This document shows positions 29,033 through 36,693 of a DNA stretch of 64,000 bases, one piece after another. Location: NCBI GenBank assembly GCA_963664705.1, contig OY761556.1:2176001-2240000 (forward strand). The letters are read 5' to 3'. Position numbers and translations under genes: made by a program. Source of the stretch: Acidobacteriota bacterium. Its GTDB lineage: Bacteria > Acidobacteriota > UBA6911. Within the stretch, counting starts at the first letter, position 1. Each line of letters begins with the position of its first letter. The notes under the pieces are model-generated. The model had not been told where the DNA came from and made no database searches. It saw only the letters and a list, made by a program, of their open reading frames with translations.

Positions 29033-29061
29033 ATTGTGGCAAATGCCGTCCCAACCGTCAA
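29033..29061 (-). promoter_or_regulatory. sigma70-type promoter for the candidate ncRNA
   Basis: TTGACG (29061-29056), N17, CACAAT (29038-29033); AT-rich UP-like tract upstream. Confidence 0.65.
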
Positions 29062-29175
29062 GGGCTTTATGAAATATACTTTCATTATTATACATAATAA
29101 CAGCGCTTCTCTTATCAGCCTTACTGGTTCATTGAAAAACTCCAATTTTTCCGGAACTTGTGTCACAATCAGAAC

Positions 29176-29631
29176 ATGCCGTACTGGTTTGATGGCAATA
29201 ACCTGATCGGACAATCGGTTGCAGCCGCAAAAGCCGATTCGCAGGCACGGCGCGCTTTTCTTTCAACTCTTCACTCCTACCAGCGATCCGGCGGCGGCAA
29301 GTTTCTCGTGTACTTTGACGGTGATGATTCCGACCGATCCGCTTCCCCTCCTGGAATCTCGGTTCGCTACAGCGCCCCTGTTTCCACGGACGAAGCCATT
29401 CTCAAGCGTCTGCGCGAAATCGCCAGCCCCGCGGAAGTCATTGTGGTCACCAATGACTGGGACCTGAAGTCCCGCTGCCGCAGCCAGGGAGCCGCGGTTT
29501 TGACCTGGTCGGAATTTACAAACAAAATGAAAGCCAGATGCATTCGGAGCAGCCGTACCAGCCAACCGGAGCGCATAGATGTCGACGAGTGGATGCATTA
29601 TTTTGGGTTGGATGAACCCTCAGGGAAATAG
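29176..29631 (+). CDS. NYN/YacP-like PIN-fold ribonuclease
   Basis: WFDGNNLIG, VYFDG, STDEAI and IVVTNDWDL acidic NYN motifs. Confidence 0.8.
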   Translation: MPYWFDGNNLIGQSVAAAKADSQARRAFLSTLHSYQRSGGGKFLVYFDGDDSDRSASPPGISVRYSAPVSTDEAILKRLREIASPAEVIVVTNDWDLKSRCRSQGAAVLTWSEFTNKMKARCIRSSRTSQPERIDVDEWMHYFGLDEPSGK

Positions 29632-29664
29632 TACATCCATTTCCCTCATTCCGGAGATTCTCCT

Positions 29665-30909
29665 ATGAAATCGAAGAAGCCAACGTACTTTGTCCGTCCG
29701 CGCACGGCCGTACTCACCCGGGGCTTCGATCCGCGTCTTTCCGTCGGATCGGCACGGCCGGCCGTATTTCGATCCTCCACCTACGTCTTTTCTTCGCCGG
29801 AATCCGCCGAGCGCTCCTTCAATATCGCTCTCGGCAAAGCCCAAGTCGAACCGGGAGAAAGCACCGACCTGATCTACGCCAGGCTGTCGCACCCCAATGC
29901 CGAAATCCTCGAAGACCAGGTGGTCCCCCTGGAACCCGGGGCCAAGGCTGCAGCCGTCTTCAATTCCGGAATGGCGGCCATTTCGACTTTGTTTTTTACG
30001 CTTTGCCCGGCCGGAACAAATTTTATTTATACGATGCCACTTTATGGTGGAACCTATCATCTTATACATCAGTTACTGCAGCCCCTGGGCGTTCATGGAA
30101 TCCCGGTCATCGCGGGAGATACGGAAGGGATGAAACGCGCGATCCGGTCCACGCCCAATCTGCGAATGGTCCTCATCGAAACGCCCGCCAACCCGGTCCT
30201 TACCATGACCGATATTGCGGCTGCATCCTCGGCGGCTAAACAGAATCCGGACGCGCCGTTCGTGGTCGTCGACAATACCTTCATTGGCCCCGCTTTTCAG
30301 CATCCGCTGACCCACGGGGCAGACCTGGTGGTGTATTCGGCCACCAAGTATCTTTCCGGATTCAGTGACATGCTGGGAGGCATTGTGCTGGCCAGGGATG
30401 GAGACCTGATTGAGCACCTGCACGGCATGCGGGCGATCCTGGGGAATATCCTGCAGCCGGATGAGTGCTGGATGCTCGACGGGCGTCTCCCGACCGTTTC
30501 GCTGCGCATGAATCGACAGAGCAAGAATGCCCAGCGCATTGCCGAGACGCTTGCGGAGCATAAGAAGATCGAGCGGGTTCATTACCCCACCCTATTTGAA
30601 GATCCGGAGCAGATACGGATCCGGGATGCGCAATGCGAGTTTCCGGGCGCGATCTTTTCCATCGAGTTGAAGGGGGGCAAACCGGCGGCATTTGATTTTC
30701 TGAGGAATCTGCAGATTGCCAGGAACGCCGTGAGCCTGGGCGGCGTGGAATCGCTCGTTTGCCATCCCGCCACCACAACCCATTCCGAAATGAGCGAGGA
30801 GGATAAAAAGCAGTTTGGGATCGACGATTCCCTGGTTCGAATCTCAGTCGGGATTGAGGACTGGCGCGACCTGCTGCACGATCTTCAACAGGCATTGGAT
30901 TCGATTTGA
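29665..30909 (+). CDS. Cys/Met-metabolism PLP enzyme (cystathionine gamma-synthase/lyase or methionine gamma-lyase family)
   Basis: YARLSHPN, SGMAAI, LYGGT, ETPANP, VDNTF, YSATKYLSG (PLP lysine), AVSLGGVESL and RISVGIE motifs. Confidence 0.9.
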   Translation: MKSKKPTYFVRPRTAVLTRGFDPRLSVGSARPAVFRSSTYVFSSPESAERSFNIALGKAQVEPGESTDLIYARLSHPNAEILEDQVVPLEPGAKAAAVFNSGMAAISTLFFTLCPAGTNFIYTMPLYGGTYHLIHQLLQPLGVHGIPVIAGDTEGMKRAIRSTPNLRMVLIETPANPVLTMTDIAAASSAAKQNPDAPFVVVDNTFIGPAFQHPLTHGADLVVYSATKYLSGFSDMLGGIVLARDGDLIEHLHGMRAILGNILQPDECWMLDGRLPTVSLRMNRQSKNAQRIAETLAEHKKIERVHYPTLFEDPEQIRIRDAQCEFPGAIFSIELKGGKPAAFDFLRNLQIARNAVSLGGVESLVCHPATTTHSEMSEEDKKQFGIDDSLVRISVGIEDWRDLLHDLQQALDSI

Positions 30910-30963
30910 ACGTTGGACGTTGGACGTTTGGACGTTGGACGTTGAACGTTGGACGTTTGGACG
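30907..30963. repeat. Tandem heptamer repeat (TGGACGT) x8
   Basis: Eight 7-8 nt units of TG[G/A]ACGT(T). Confidence 0.85.
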
Positions 30964-30995
30964 GACAGGCAACAATTTCTCGAGCCCGGGAGATA

Positions 30996-32810
30996 ATGAA
31001 AAACATCGTCAATGACTTCAATATCGGGGTCGCTACCGTAAACGGCTCCGGGAGCCAGTCGGCCAACAGTGTCCTGATGCGAGCCATTTTCCGGATGGGC
31101 ATTCCGGTCAGCGGCAAAAATCTCTTCCCTTCCAACATCGCGGGCCTGCCGACCTGGTTTACCATTCGCATCAGTGAAAAAGGCTATTTCGCGCGAAAAG
31201 CTGAAACCGACATCATGGTGGCGCTGAATCCGCAGACAGCCAGGGAAGATGCCCAATCCGTTCTGCCGGGAGGAGTCCTCCTGGCAGATGACACGCTGGG
31301 GCTGGCGGAATTCCGCAGCGATATTCAAATCTACGAGGTTCCGCTGCTGAAGCTTGCGGCACAGGTTACGGAAGACGCACGCCTTCGACAAATGCTTGCA
31401 AACATGGTCTACGTCGGCGTGTTGGCGCATCTTCTGGTGCTGGATATGGGCGAGGTAGACCTTGCCATTCAAAAGCAGTTCAGGGGGAAGCCCACCGCGA
31501 TACAGCTCAGCATGAGCGCTGTGCATGCCGGATTCCAATACGCAACCGAACGCCTCGTAAAATCCGATCCGTTCCTTCTGATGAGAAGCGATAAAACGCA
31601 AGGCAGGATCCTCATCGACGGGAACGGCGCCGCGGCCCTCGGCGCCGTGTTTGGAGGCTGCACGGTCGTTACCTGGTATCCAATCACACCCTCGACATCG
31701 CTGGTTGAAGAACTGACCGGATACATGCGGAAGTACCGAATCGATCCCAAAACCGGGAAAGCCACTTTCGCCATTGTTCAGACCGAGGATGAACTGGCGG
31801 CCATCGGCATGGTGATAGGAGCCGGCTGGGCCGGAGCCCGCGCGATGACCTCAACGTCGGGGCCGGGGCTATCGCTGATGGCTGAGTTTACCGGCTTCGC
31901 CTATTACGCCGAGGTCCCCGCGGTCATCTGGGATATTCAGCGCATCGGTCCTTCCACGGGGCTTCCCACGCGCACAAGCCAGGGAGACCTCCTGTCGGCT
32001 TATCTCCTGAGCCACGGCGACACGAAACACCTGATGCTTCTTCCCGCGACCGTGGAGGAATGTTTTATCTTTGCACAGCTTGCATTCAATCTTGCGGAAC
32101 GATTTCAGACGCCGGTCTTCTGCCTGAGCGATCTGGATCTTGGGATGAACCACTGGATCGCGGACGAATTCCAATATCCCGACGACATTCCCATTGATCG
32201 GGGTAAGGTCCTCTCGGAAGAGGATCTCCGGCAGATGGGCGGATTCTCCCGCTACCGCGATGTGGATGGAGACGGGATTCCTTTTCGTACGCTTCCGGGC
32301 AACAATCATCCGGGCGCCGCCTATTTTACCCGTGGAAGCGGACACGATATCGAAGCGGAATACACCGAACGCCCGGAAAGATATTCCGCGATCGTGGACC
32401 GCATCGCACGCAAAATTCACGCGGCGGTAACTTCCCTCCCGCAGCCCGTTGTCTCGGGCTGCGTTGCTCCGGTCGGGATCATTGCCTATGGGAGCACGCA
32501 TCACGCCATCGCCGAATGCCGTGATCAATTGCGCGAAGAGCATGGAATACCGACAGATTATCTGCGCATTCGCTCGCTGCCTCCCGCGGAAGCGGTCCGG
32601 GAGTTTATTGACCGGCACGAGCGCATCTACCTCGTGGAACAGAATCGGGATGGGCAGATGCGGTCCATCCTCGCCATGGAGTTTCCAGGCTCCATGGGCA
32701 AGCTTCAATCCGTCCTGCATTATGACGGGATCCCGATCGACGCGCGATTTATAACAAATGCCATTCTTGAATATGAAAAAAATGGAACCGGTGATGGAAA
32801 AAGCGAGTAA
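30996..32810 (+). CDS. korA: 2-oxoacid:ferredoxin oxidoreductase alpha subunit (gamma-alpha fusion)
   Basis: NGSGSQS, WYPITPS, EDELAA, TSTSGPG and QRIGPSTGLPTRT motifs. ATG at 30996 follows the repeat. Confidence 0.92.
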   Translation: MKNIVNDFNIGVATVNGSGSQSANSVLMRAIFRMGIPVSGKNLFPSNIAGLPTWFTIRISEKGYFARKAETDIMVALNPQTAREDAQSVLPGGVLLADDTLGLAEFRSDIQIYEVPLLKLAAQVTEDARLRQMLANMVYVGVLAHLLVLDMGEVDLAIQKQFRGKPTAIQLSMSAVHAGFQYATERLVKSDPFLLMRSDKTQGRILIDGNGAAALGAVFGGCTVVTWYPITPSTSLVEELTGYMRKYRIDPKTGKATFAIVQTEDELAAIGMVIGAGWAGARAMTSTSGPGLSLMAEFTGFAYYAEVPAVIWDIQRIGPSTGLPTRTSQGDLLSAYLLSHGDTKHLMLLPATVEECFIFAQLAFNLAERFQTPVFCLSDLDLGMNHWIADEFQYPDDIPIDRGKVLSEEDLRQMGGFSRYRDVDGDGIPFRTLPGNNHPGAAYFTRGSGHDIEAEYTERPERYSAIVDRIARKIHAAVTSLPQPVVSGCVAPVGIIAYGSTHHAIAECRDQLREEHGIPTDYLRIRSLPPAEAVREFIDRHERIYLVEQNRDGQMRSILAMEFPGSMGKLQSVLHYDGIPIDARFITNAILEYEKNGTGDGKSE

Positions 32811-33840
32811 CCGATCGAAAGTGCGCGGGCCGAATCACATCGGACTGACGATGCAGGACTATGCCGGCAGGGCTTCCACGCTGTGCGCCGGCTGCGGGCA
32901 CGATGCCATCACCAGCCAGATCATCCGGGCCTTCTTTGAGTATGGAATCGATCCGCGTCGCGTCATCAAGCTATCCGGAATAGGCTGTTCGTCAAAAACA
33001 CCCGCCTATTTCTTAAGCCGCGCCTTCGGACTCAATGCCGTGCATGGACGGATGCCCTCGATCGGAACCGGCGCCATTCTCGCCAACCGGAATATGATCG
33101 CCATTGGCGTGAGCGGCGATGGCGATACGGCCTCGATTGGAATCGGGCAATTCATGCACATGCTGCGCAGAAATGTCCCCATGATTTACATCATGGAAAA
33201 CAACGGAGTGTACGGGTTGACGAAGGGGCAATTCTCCGCAACGGCGGAAGAGGGATCCGCGCTGCGCACCGGCGTGTCCAACGAACTGCCGCCCATCGAT
33301 TGCTGCGTGCTCGCCATGGAGCTCGGATGCGGCTATGTGGCGCGGTCTTTTGCCGGCGATCCCAGGCAGCTGCTGGCGCTTTTGAAGGGAGCCATCGGTC
33401 ACAAGGGAACCGCCTTCATTGATGTTCTATCCCCATGCGTTACCTTCAACAATCACGAGGGATCCACGAAGAGCTATAAACGGCTCAAGGATTCGGAAGA
33501 GCTGCTTCACGAAATTGGCTTCATTCCCTTCTTCGAGCCGATCTCGGTGGAATACCCGGCCGGTGAAGGAAAAATCGTGCGGCTCCATGACGGATCTCAT
33601 CTGACGCTCAGCAAATTGGAGAAGGAATACGAGCCGACGGATAAGGCGCAGGCATTGAACCGTATTCATGAGGCCAACAGCAAAGGAGAAGTCCTGACCG
33701 GGCTTTTCTATATCAATACGGACAAGCCTGATTTCACGGATCTGCTGGAAATGCACGATGAGCCGCTGGCAACCCTGCCGCCAGAACTTATTCGTCCCTC
33801 GCGCGAATCCCTGGCAGAAATCATGAATGATCTAAAATAG
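32794..33840 (+). CDS. korB: 2-oxoacid:ferredoxin oxidoreductase beta subunit
   Basis: LCAGCGH, SGIGCSS, HGR, GDGD TPP motif, NNGVYGLTKGQ and SPCVTFN. Confidence 0.93.
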   Translation: MEKASNRSKVRGPNHIGLTMQDYAGRASTLCAGCGHDAITSQIIRAFFEYGIDPRRVIKLSGIGCSSKTPAYFLSRAFGLNAVHGRMPSIGTGAILANRNMIAIGVSGDGDTASIGIGQFMHMLRRNVPMIYIMENNGVYGLTKGQFSATAEEGSALRTGVSNELPPIDCCVLAMELGCGYVARSFAGDPRQLLALLKGAIGHKGTAFIDVLSPCVTFNNHEGSTKSYKRLKDSEELLHEIGFIPFFEPISVEYPAGEGKIVRLHDGSHLTLSKLEKEYEPTDKAQALNRIHEANSKGEVLTGLFYINTDKPDFTDLLEMHDEPLATLPPELIRPSRESLAEIMNDLK

Positions 33841-33864
33841 GGAGTCTTTTGAAATATTCGCAAT

Positions 33865-33899
33865 TTGCCCCCGGCCCGTTCTGAGCGGGCCGGGGGCAA
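33865..33899 (+). terminator. GC-rich hairpin after korB
   Basis: 14-bp stem TTGCCCCCGGCCCG/CGGGCCGGGGGCAA. Confidence 0.6.
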
Positions 33900-33988
33900 T
33901 GGGATCGTCACTACCTAATGTAGCATTGGCCGGGACGCCTAACGCCACCTATTATTTGCCTGAGAAAGCCGGAAGCGCGATGCATCTC

Positions 33989-34231
33989 CGCCCCAGCGGG
34001 GCGGTCAGAACGTAGCCGGGGGTGAAGCGAAGCGAACCCCCGGATAGCATGAAATTTAAAGGAGCCCCGGAGGGGGCGAAAGATATTTTCGTTCCTCTAC
34101 ATAACCTAAAGCTGAACATTGGAGCGGGGCTCACTGTTTCTGCCGCCCTTTCAGGGCTCTTTCTCGCGCTTATCTCCACCGGGGGTTCGCTGCGCTTCAC
34201 CCCCGGCTACGCTCTTTCGGCCCTCCGGGCC
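33989..34231. repeat. REP doublet (REPIN-like) palindromic element
   Basis: 33-bp arms at 34011-34043 and 34179-34211 are inverted with one mismatch. Each arm is itself a hairpin and is flanked by short GC hairpins. Confidence 0.8.
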
Positions 34232-34253
34232 CTGGACTTTGGACAAAAACAAA

Positions 34254-35633
34254 TCATGTTTTAGCGAAAATGGTTAGATTTTGGGCCATTTTCGCATAAA
34301 TGGGCTCCTTGACAGACGTTTCAATGATTTCTGTGCGTAGCAAGGTCAGTAAATCGAGCAAAGAAACGCGTGAACTGTTCGATCGCCATTTCGGAAGAGG
34401 GATGCGACAAAAATCGCGACCGGGCCCGAAACAATGCAACCCTGCCAGCAAAAGCATGGAATACGAAGCTACTGTCAAGGCCGGCTGTTTCGATACGGAC
34501 GACATCGACCAGACCTGAGCCTGTCCGACGCTAAGCACAGTTTTTTCGTCTCTATGATTGACTTCGATTTGCCAACGATCAAAGTAGCTTTGGATCAAGT
34601 CTCGGACGGGGCTGTAGGTGTCGGTCGACAGCAAATAACCTGGCTGACGAAAATTTCGGGAGGCATTGGGCGAGAGCTTATATGGTATGGGTGCAATAAC
34701 AATTAATCGCAATTGCCGAGTGCCTGCCCCACGTCGCCAAAGAACGGCTTCCACTATCTTGTAACGAATACGGCGTCTTCTTTGGCCCATCCAGATTTTG
34801 CACCATTTAAAAACAGCGCGCTGGGAATCGAGGACATCCTTAGGAGAGAAGATGTCGATACTATATCGCCGGCCACTGCCCTCGGGTGCAGGGAAACACA
34901 GGCGGGCGTCCTTCCGACATCGTGTCAGCAACTCTGTCCGGTCGAGAGGGTTTTTATAAAAACAGCGGTTACAGAAGCTCGCATCTGCGACGATTCGCAA
35001 TGTGCGATTTGTTGCCTTCATCTTGTCTAACTGGTTCCGGTAGTTTTGAATCCATTCCAACGATTGTGTGGAAAGATTATTAGCATTTTTCAATCGCCTG
35101 TATTCTTCTCGCTGCTGGTCACTGGCACGGATCCCGGGTTTCTTTACGACGGGTACGTGTCTAAAGGCCACTGGATAACCCCGCGCAGAGAATTCACCCT
35201 CGCAATGGTGCGGAAACAGCAAGGATCCTTGCAGAAACCGAAGCCCCCAAATCATGTTTACTTGAAACGGAGGCGACAAAGGATCTCTTTGCCAGCTGGC
35301 CCCTGGGATTTTTTTTCCGCTCTTTACTATCCGAGTGTCATCTACTGCTAGAACCACAGGCTTGTTCGGATATCGATTCAGATATTCTTCAGAGATCCTG
35401 TCAAACAATGCCTGCTCGTCCCAATGACTACGCGAGTAAAACTTGTAATCTGCGCTCCAGTCTTCCTGATTCCGCCCTTGCACACAGATCATCTGCGAGA
35501 TCGTCCTTCGACCCAAGGCCGAAGGCCACGTCAAAGCGTGGTCAATTCCTCGCTTCAGTGTCCGTGCTTGCTTAAAAACATCCTTCCAACTCTGCTCCAA
35601 CAAGGAACGGTAGAAGGGCAGCAGCATGATCAC
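34254..35633 (-). CDS. DDE transposase
   Basis: LAVDDT, IVADASF and YFDRWQIEVNHRDEK (YREK-like) motifs. Confidence 0.9.
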   Translation of the reverse strand: MIMLLPFYRSLLEQSWKDVFKQARTLKRGIDHALTWPSALGRRTISQMICVQGRNQEDWSADYKFYSRSHWDEQALFDRISEEYLNRYPNKPVVLAVDDTRIVKSGKKIPGASWQRDPLSPPFQVNMIWGLRFLQGSLLFPHHCEGEFSARGYPVAFRHVPVVKKPGIRASDQQREEYRRLKNANNLSTQSLEWIQNYRNQLDKMKATNRTLRIVADASFCNRCFYKNPLDRTELLTRCRKDARLCFPAPEGSGRRYSIDIFSPKDVLDSQRAVFKWCKIWMGQRRRRIRYKIVEAVLWRRGAGTRQLRLIVIAPIPYKLSPNASRNFRQPGYLLSTDTYSPVRDLIQSYFDRWQIEVNHRDEKTVLSVGQAQVWSMSSVSKQPALTVASYSMLLLAGLHCFGPGRDFCRIPLPKWRSNSSRVSLLDLLTLLRTEIIETSVKEPIYAKMAQNLTIFAKT

Positions 35634-35983
35634 TCTCCTTGCTTCAGAGCAAAGACGTTCTTGTCCGTTCGCAGAAAGCGATCGTGGCGACGTACCTTTT
35701 TCACTAAGGATGAGACCACGGACTCTCTATCCAGTTGTTTACCAAAGACCTTCTCAATACGTTCCAGGATTTCCGTAATATGTAGCGGCTTGCCTGCCCG
35801 TTGAAGTATGTCGTATACCATATCGATCTGTGACATACTCCCTGCCGTACGCTGCTCTTTCACGGAATCGGGATTCTTTAACTTTCGAATTGCACGTAGC
35901 TGGGCATCGAGTGCCACCTCGAAGGCATTAAGCACAGCGAGTTGGATCGGATCTTGTAGTTCTAGCGGATCTAGTTTCTTCAT
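35630..35983 (-). CDS. IS-borne HARE-HTH-like winged-helix protein
   Basis: DMVYDILQRAGKPLHITEILERI..F.RTDKNVFAL pattern; GGAGG RBS; stop codon overlaps the transposase start. Confidence 0.75.
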   Translation of the reverse strand: MKKLDPLELQDPIQLAVLNAFEVALDAQLRAIRKLKNPDSVKEQRTAGSMSQIDMVYDILQRAGKPLHITEILERIEKVFGKQLDRESVVSSLVKKVRRHDRFLRTDKNVFALKQGE

Positions 35984-36161
35984 GGCATTAACCTCCGTTG
36001 CAGAGATAATGCCACAACTGCGTATGTATGTATAGCAAATAACAACTTAACATACGCAAATGTCCAAAGTCCAGGGCCCTCCGGGCCTGTTGCTTCACTC
36101 GCGTCGCAGGGCTTAGAGCAAATAATAGGCAGCATTAGCCGGGACGCCGGCGCTACCAGTA

Positions 36162-36668
36162 TCAACTGCTGCGGTAATTGCCGAATTTCAGATCCACGCC
36201 GAAATCCTGCTCTTTGATCTTGTGCATCACAATCTGCAGGTCATCGCGGGATGGAGATGAAAGACGCACCTGTTCGCCCTGAATCTCTGACTGAACTTTC
36301 TTCATCTTAAGTTCTTTAACGAACTTTACGATGGCGCGGGCCGTCTCAATCGGAATTCCCTGCTGCAGATCGATCTCCTGGACAACGGTGCCGCCAGCCG
36401 CCGTCTGCACTTTTCCCATCTTCATGTTTCTGAGCGGGACCTGCCGCCTTACCATTTTTTCCTGCGCGACATCCCACACCGCCCGCAGCTTAAATTCATC
36501 GGGCGCGCGCAGCACGAGCTTGTTTTCCCCTCGCTGGAAATCGATATTGACGTTGAGACCCTTGAAATCGTAGCGCTGGCGAATCTCCTTCATCGCCTGG
36601 TTGACGGCGTTGTCGACTTCCTGCAAATCACACCCGGTTGTTATATCGAAAGACTGGGTCGCAGCCAT
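36162..36668 (-). CDS. yajQ: YajQ family nucleotide (c-di-GMP)-binding protein
   Basis: SFDI, QEVDNAVNQ, RYDFKG, QGI, IQGEQVR, RDDLQ and FGNYR motifs. Confidence 0.93.
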   Translation of the reverse strand: MAATQSFDITTGCDLQEVDNAVNQAMKEIRQRYDFKGLNVNIDFQRGENKLVLRAPDEFKLRAVWDVAQEKMVRRQVPLRNMKMGKVQTAAGGTVVQEIDLQQGIPIETARAIVKFVKELKMKKVQSEIQGEQVRLSSPSRDDLQIVMHKIKEQDFGVDLKFGNYRSS

Positions 36669-36693
36669 GAATTATTCTCCTTATGGAATGCTC

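Larger units (their letters stand above)
34232..36074 (-). mobile_element. Complete two-gene DDE insertion sequence (IS4/IS701-like)
   Basis: Perfect TIR CTGGACTTTGGACA (34232-34245)/TGTCCAAAGTCCAG (36061-36074). Direct repeat GGCCCTCCGGGCC at 34219-34231 and 36075-36087. Confidence 0.92.

Noticed and set aside
28862-29214. Short ORFs 28862-29095 and 28927-29214
   Set aside because: No convincing RBS or motifs; the promoter and closed RNA fold explain the region better.
30907-30963. Possible CRISPR array among the repeats
   Set aside because: No 23-47 nt repeats with unique spacers anywhere in the window, and no cas genes.
30906-30995. N-terminal extension of KorA (MNVGRWTFGRWTL...)
   Set aside because: It is the translated heptamer repeat; the real start is the ATG at 30996.
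33952-34264. Two ORFs both starting MKRSEPP
   Set aside because: Artefact of the inverted REP arms being read on both strands.
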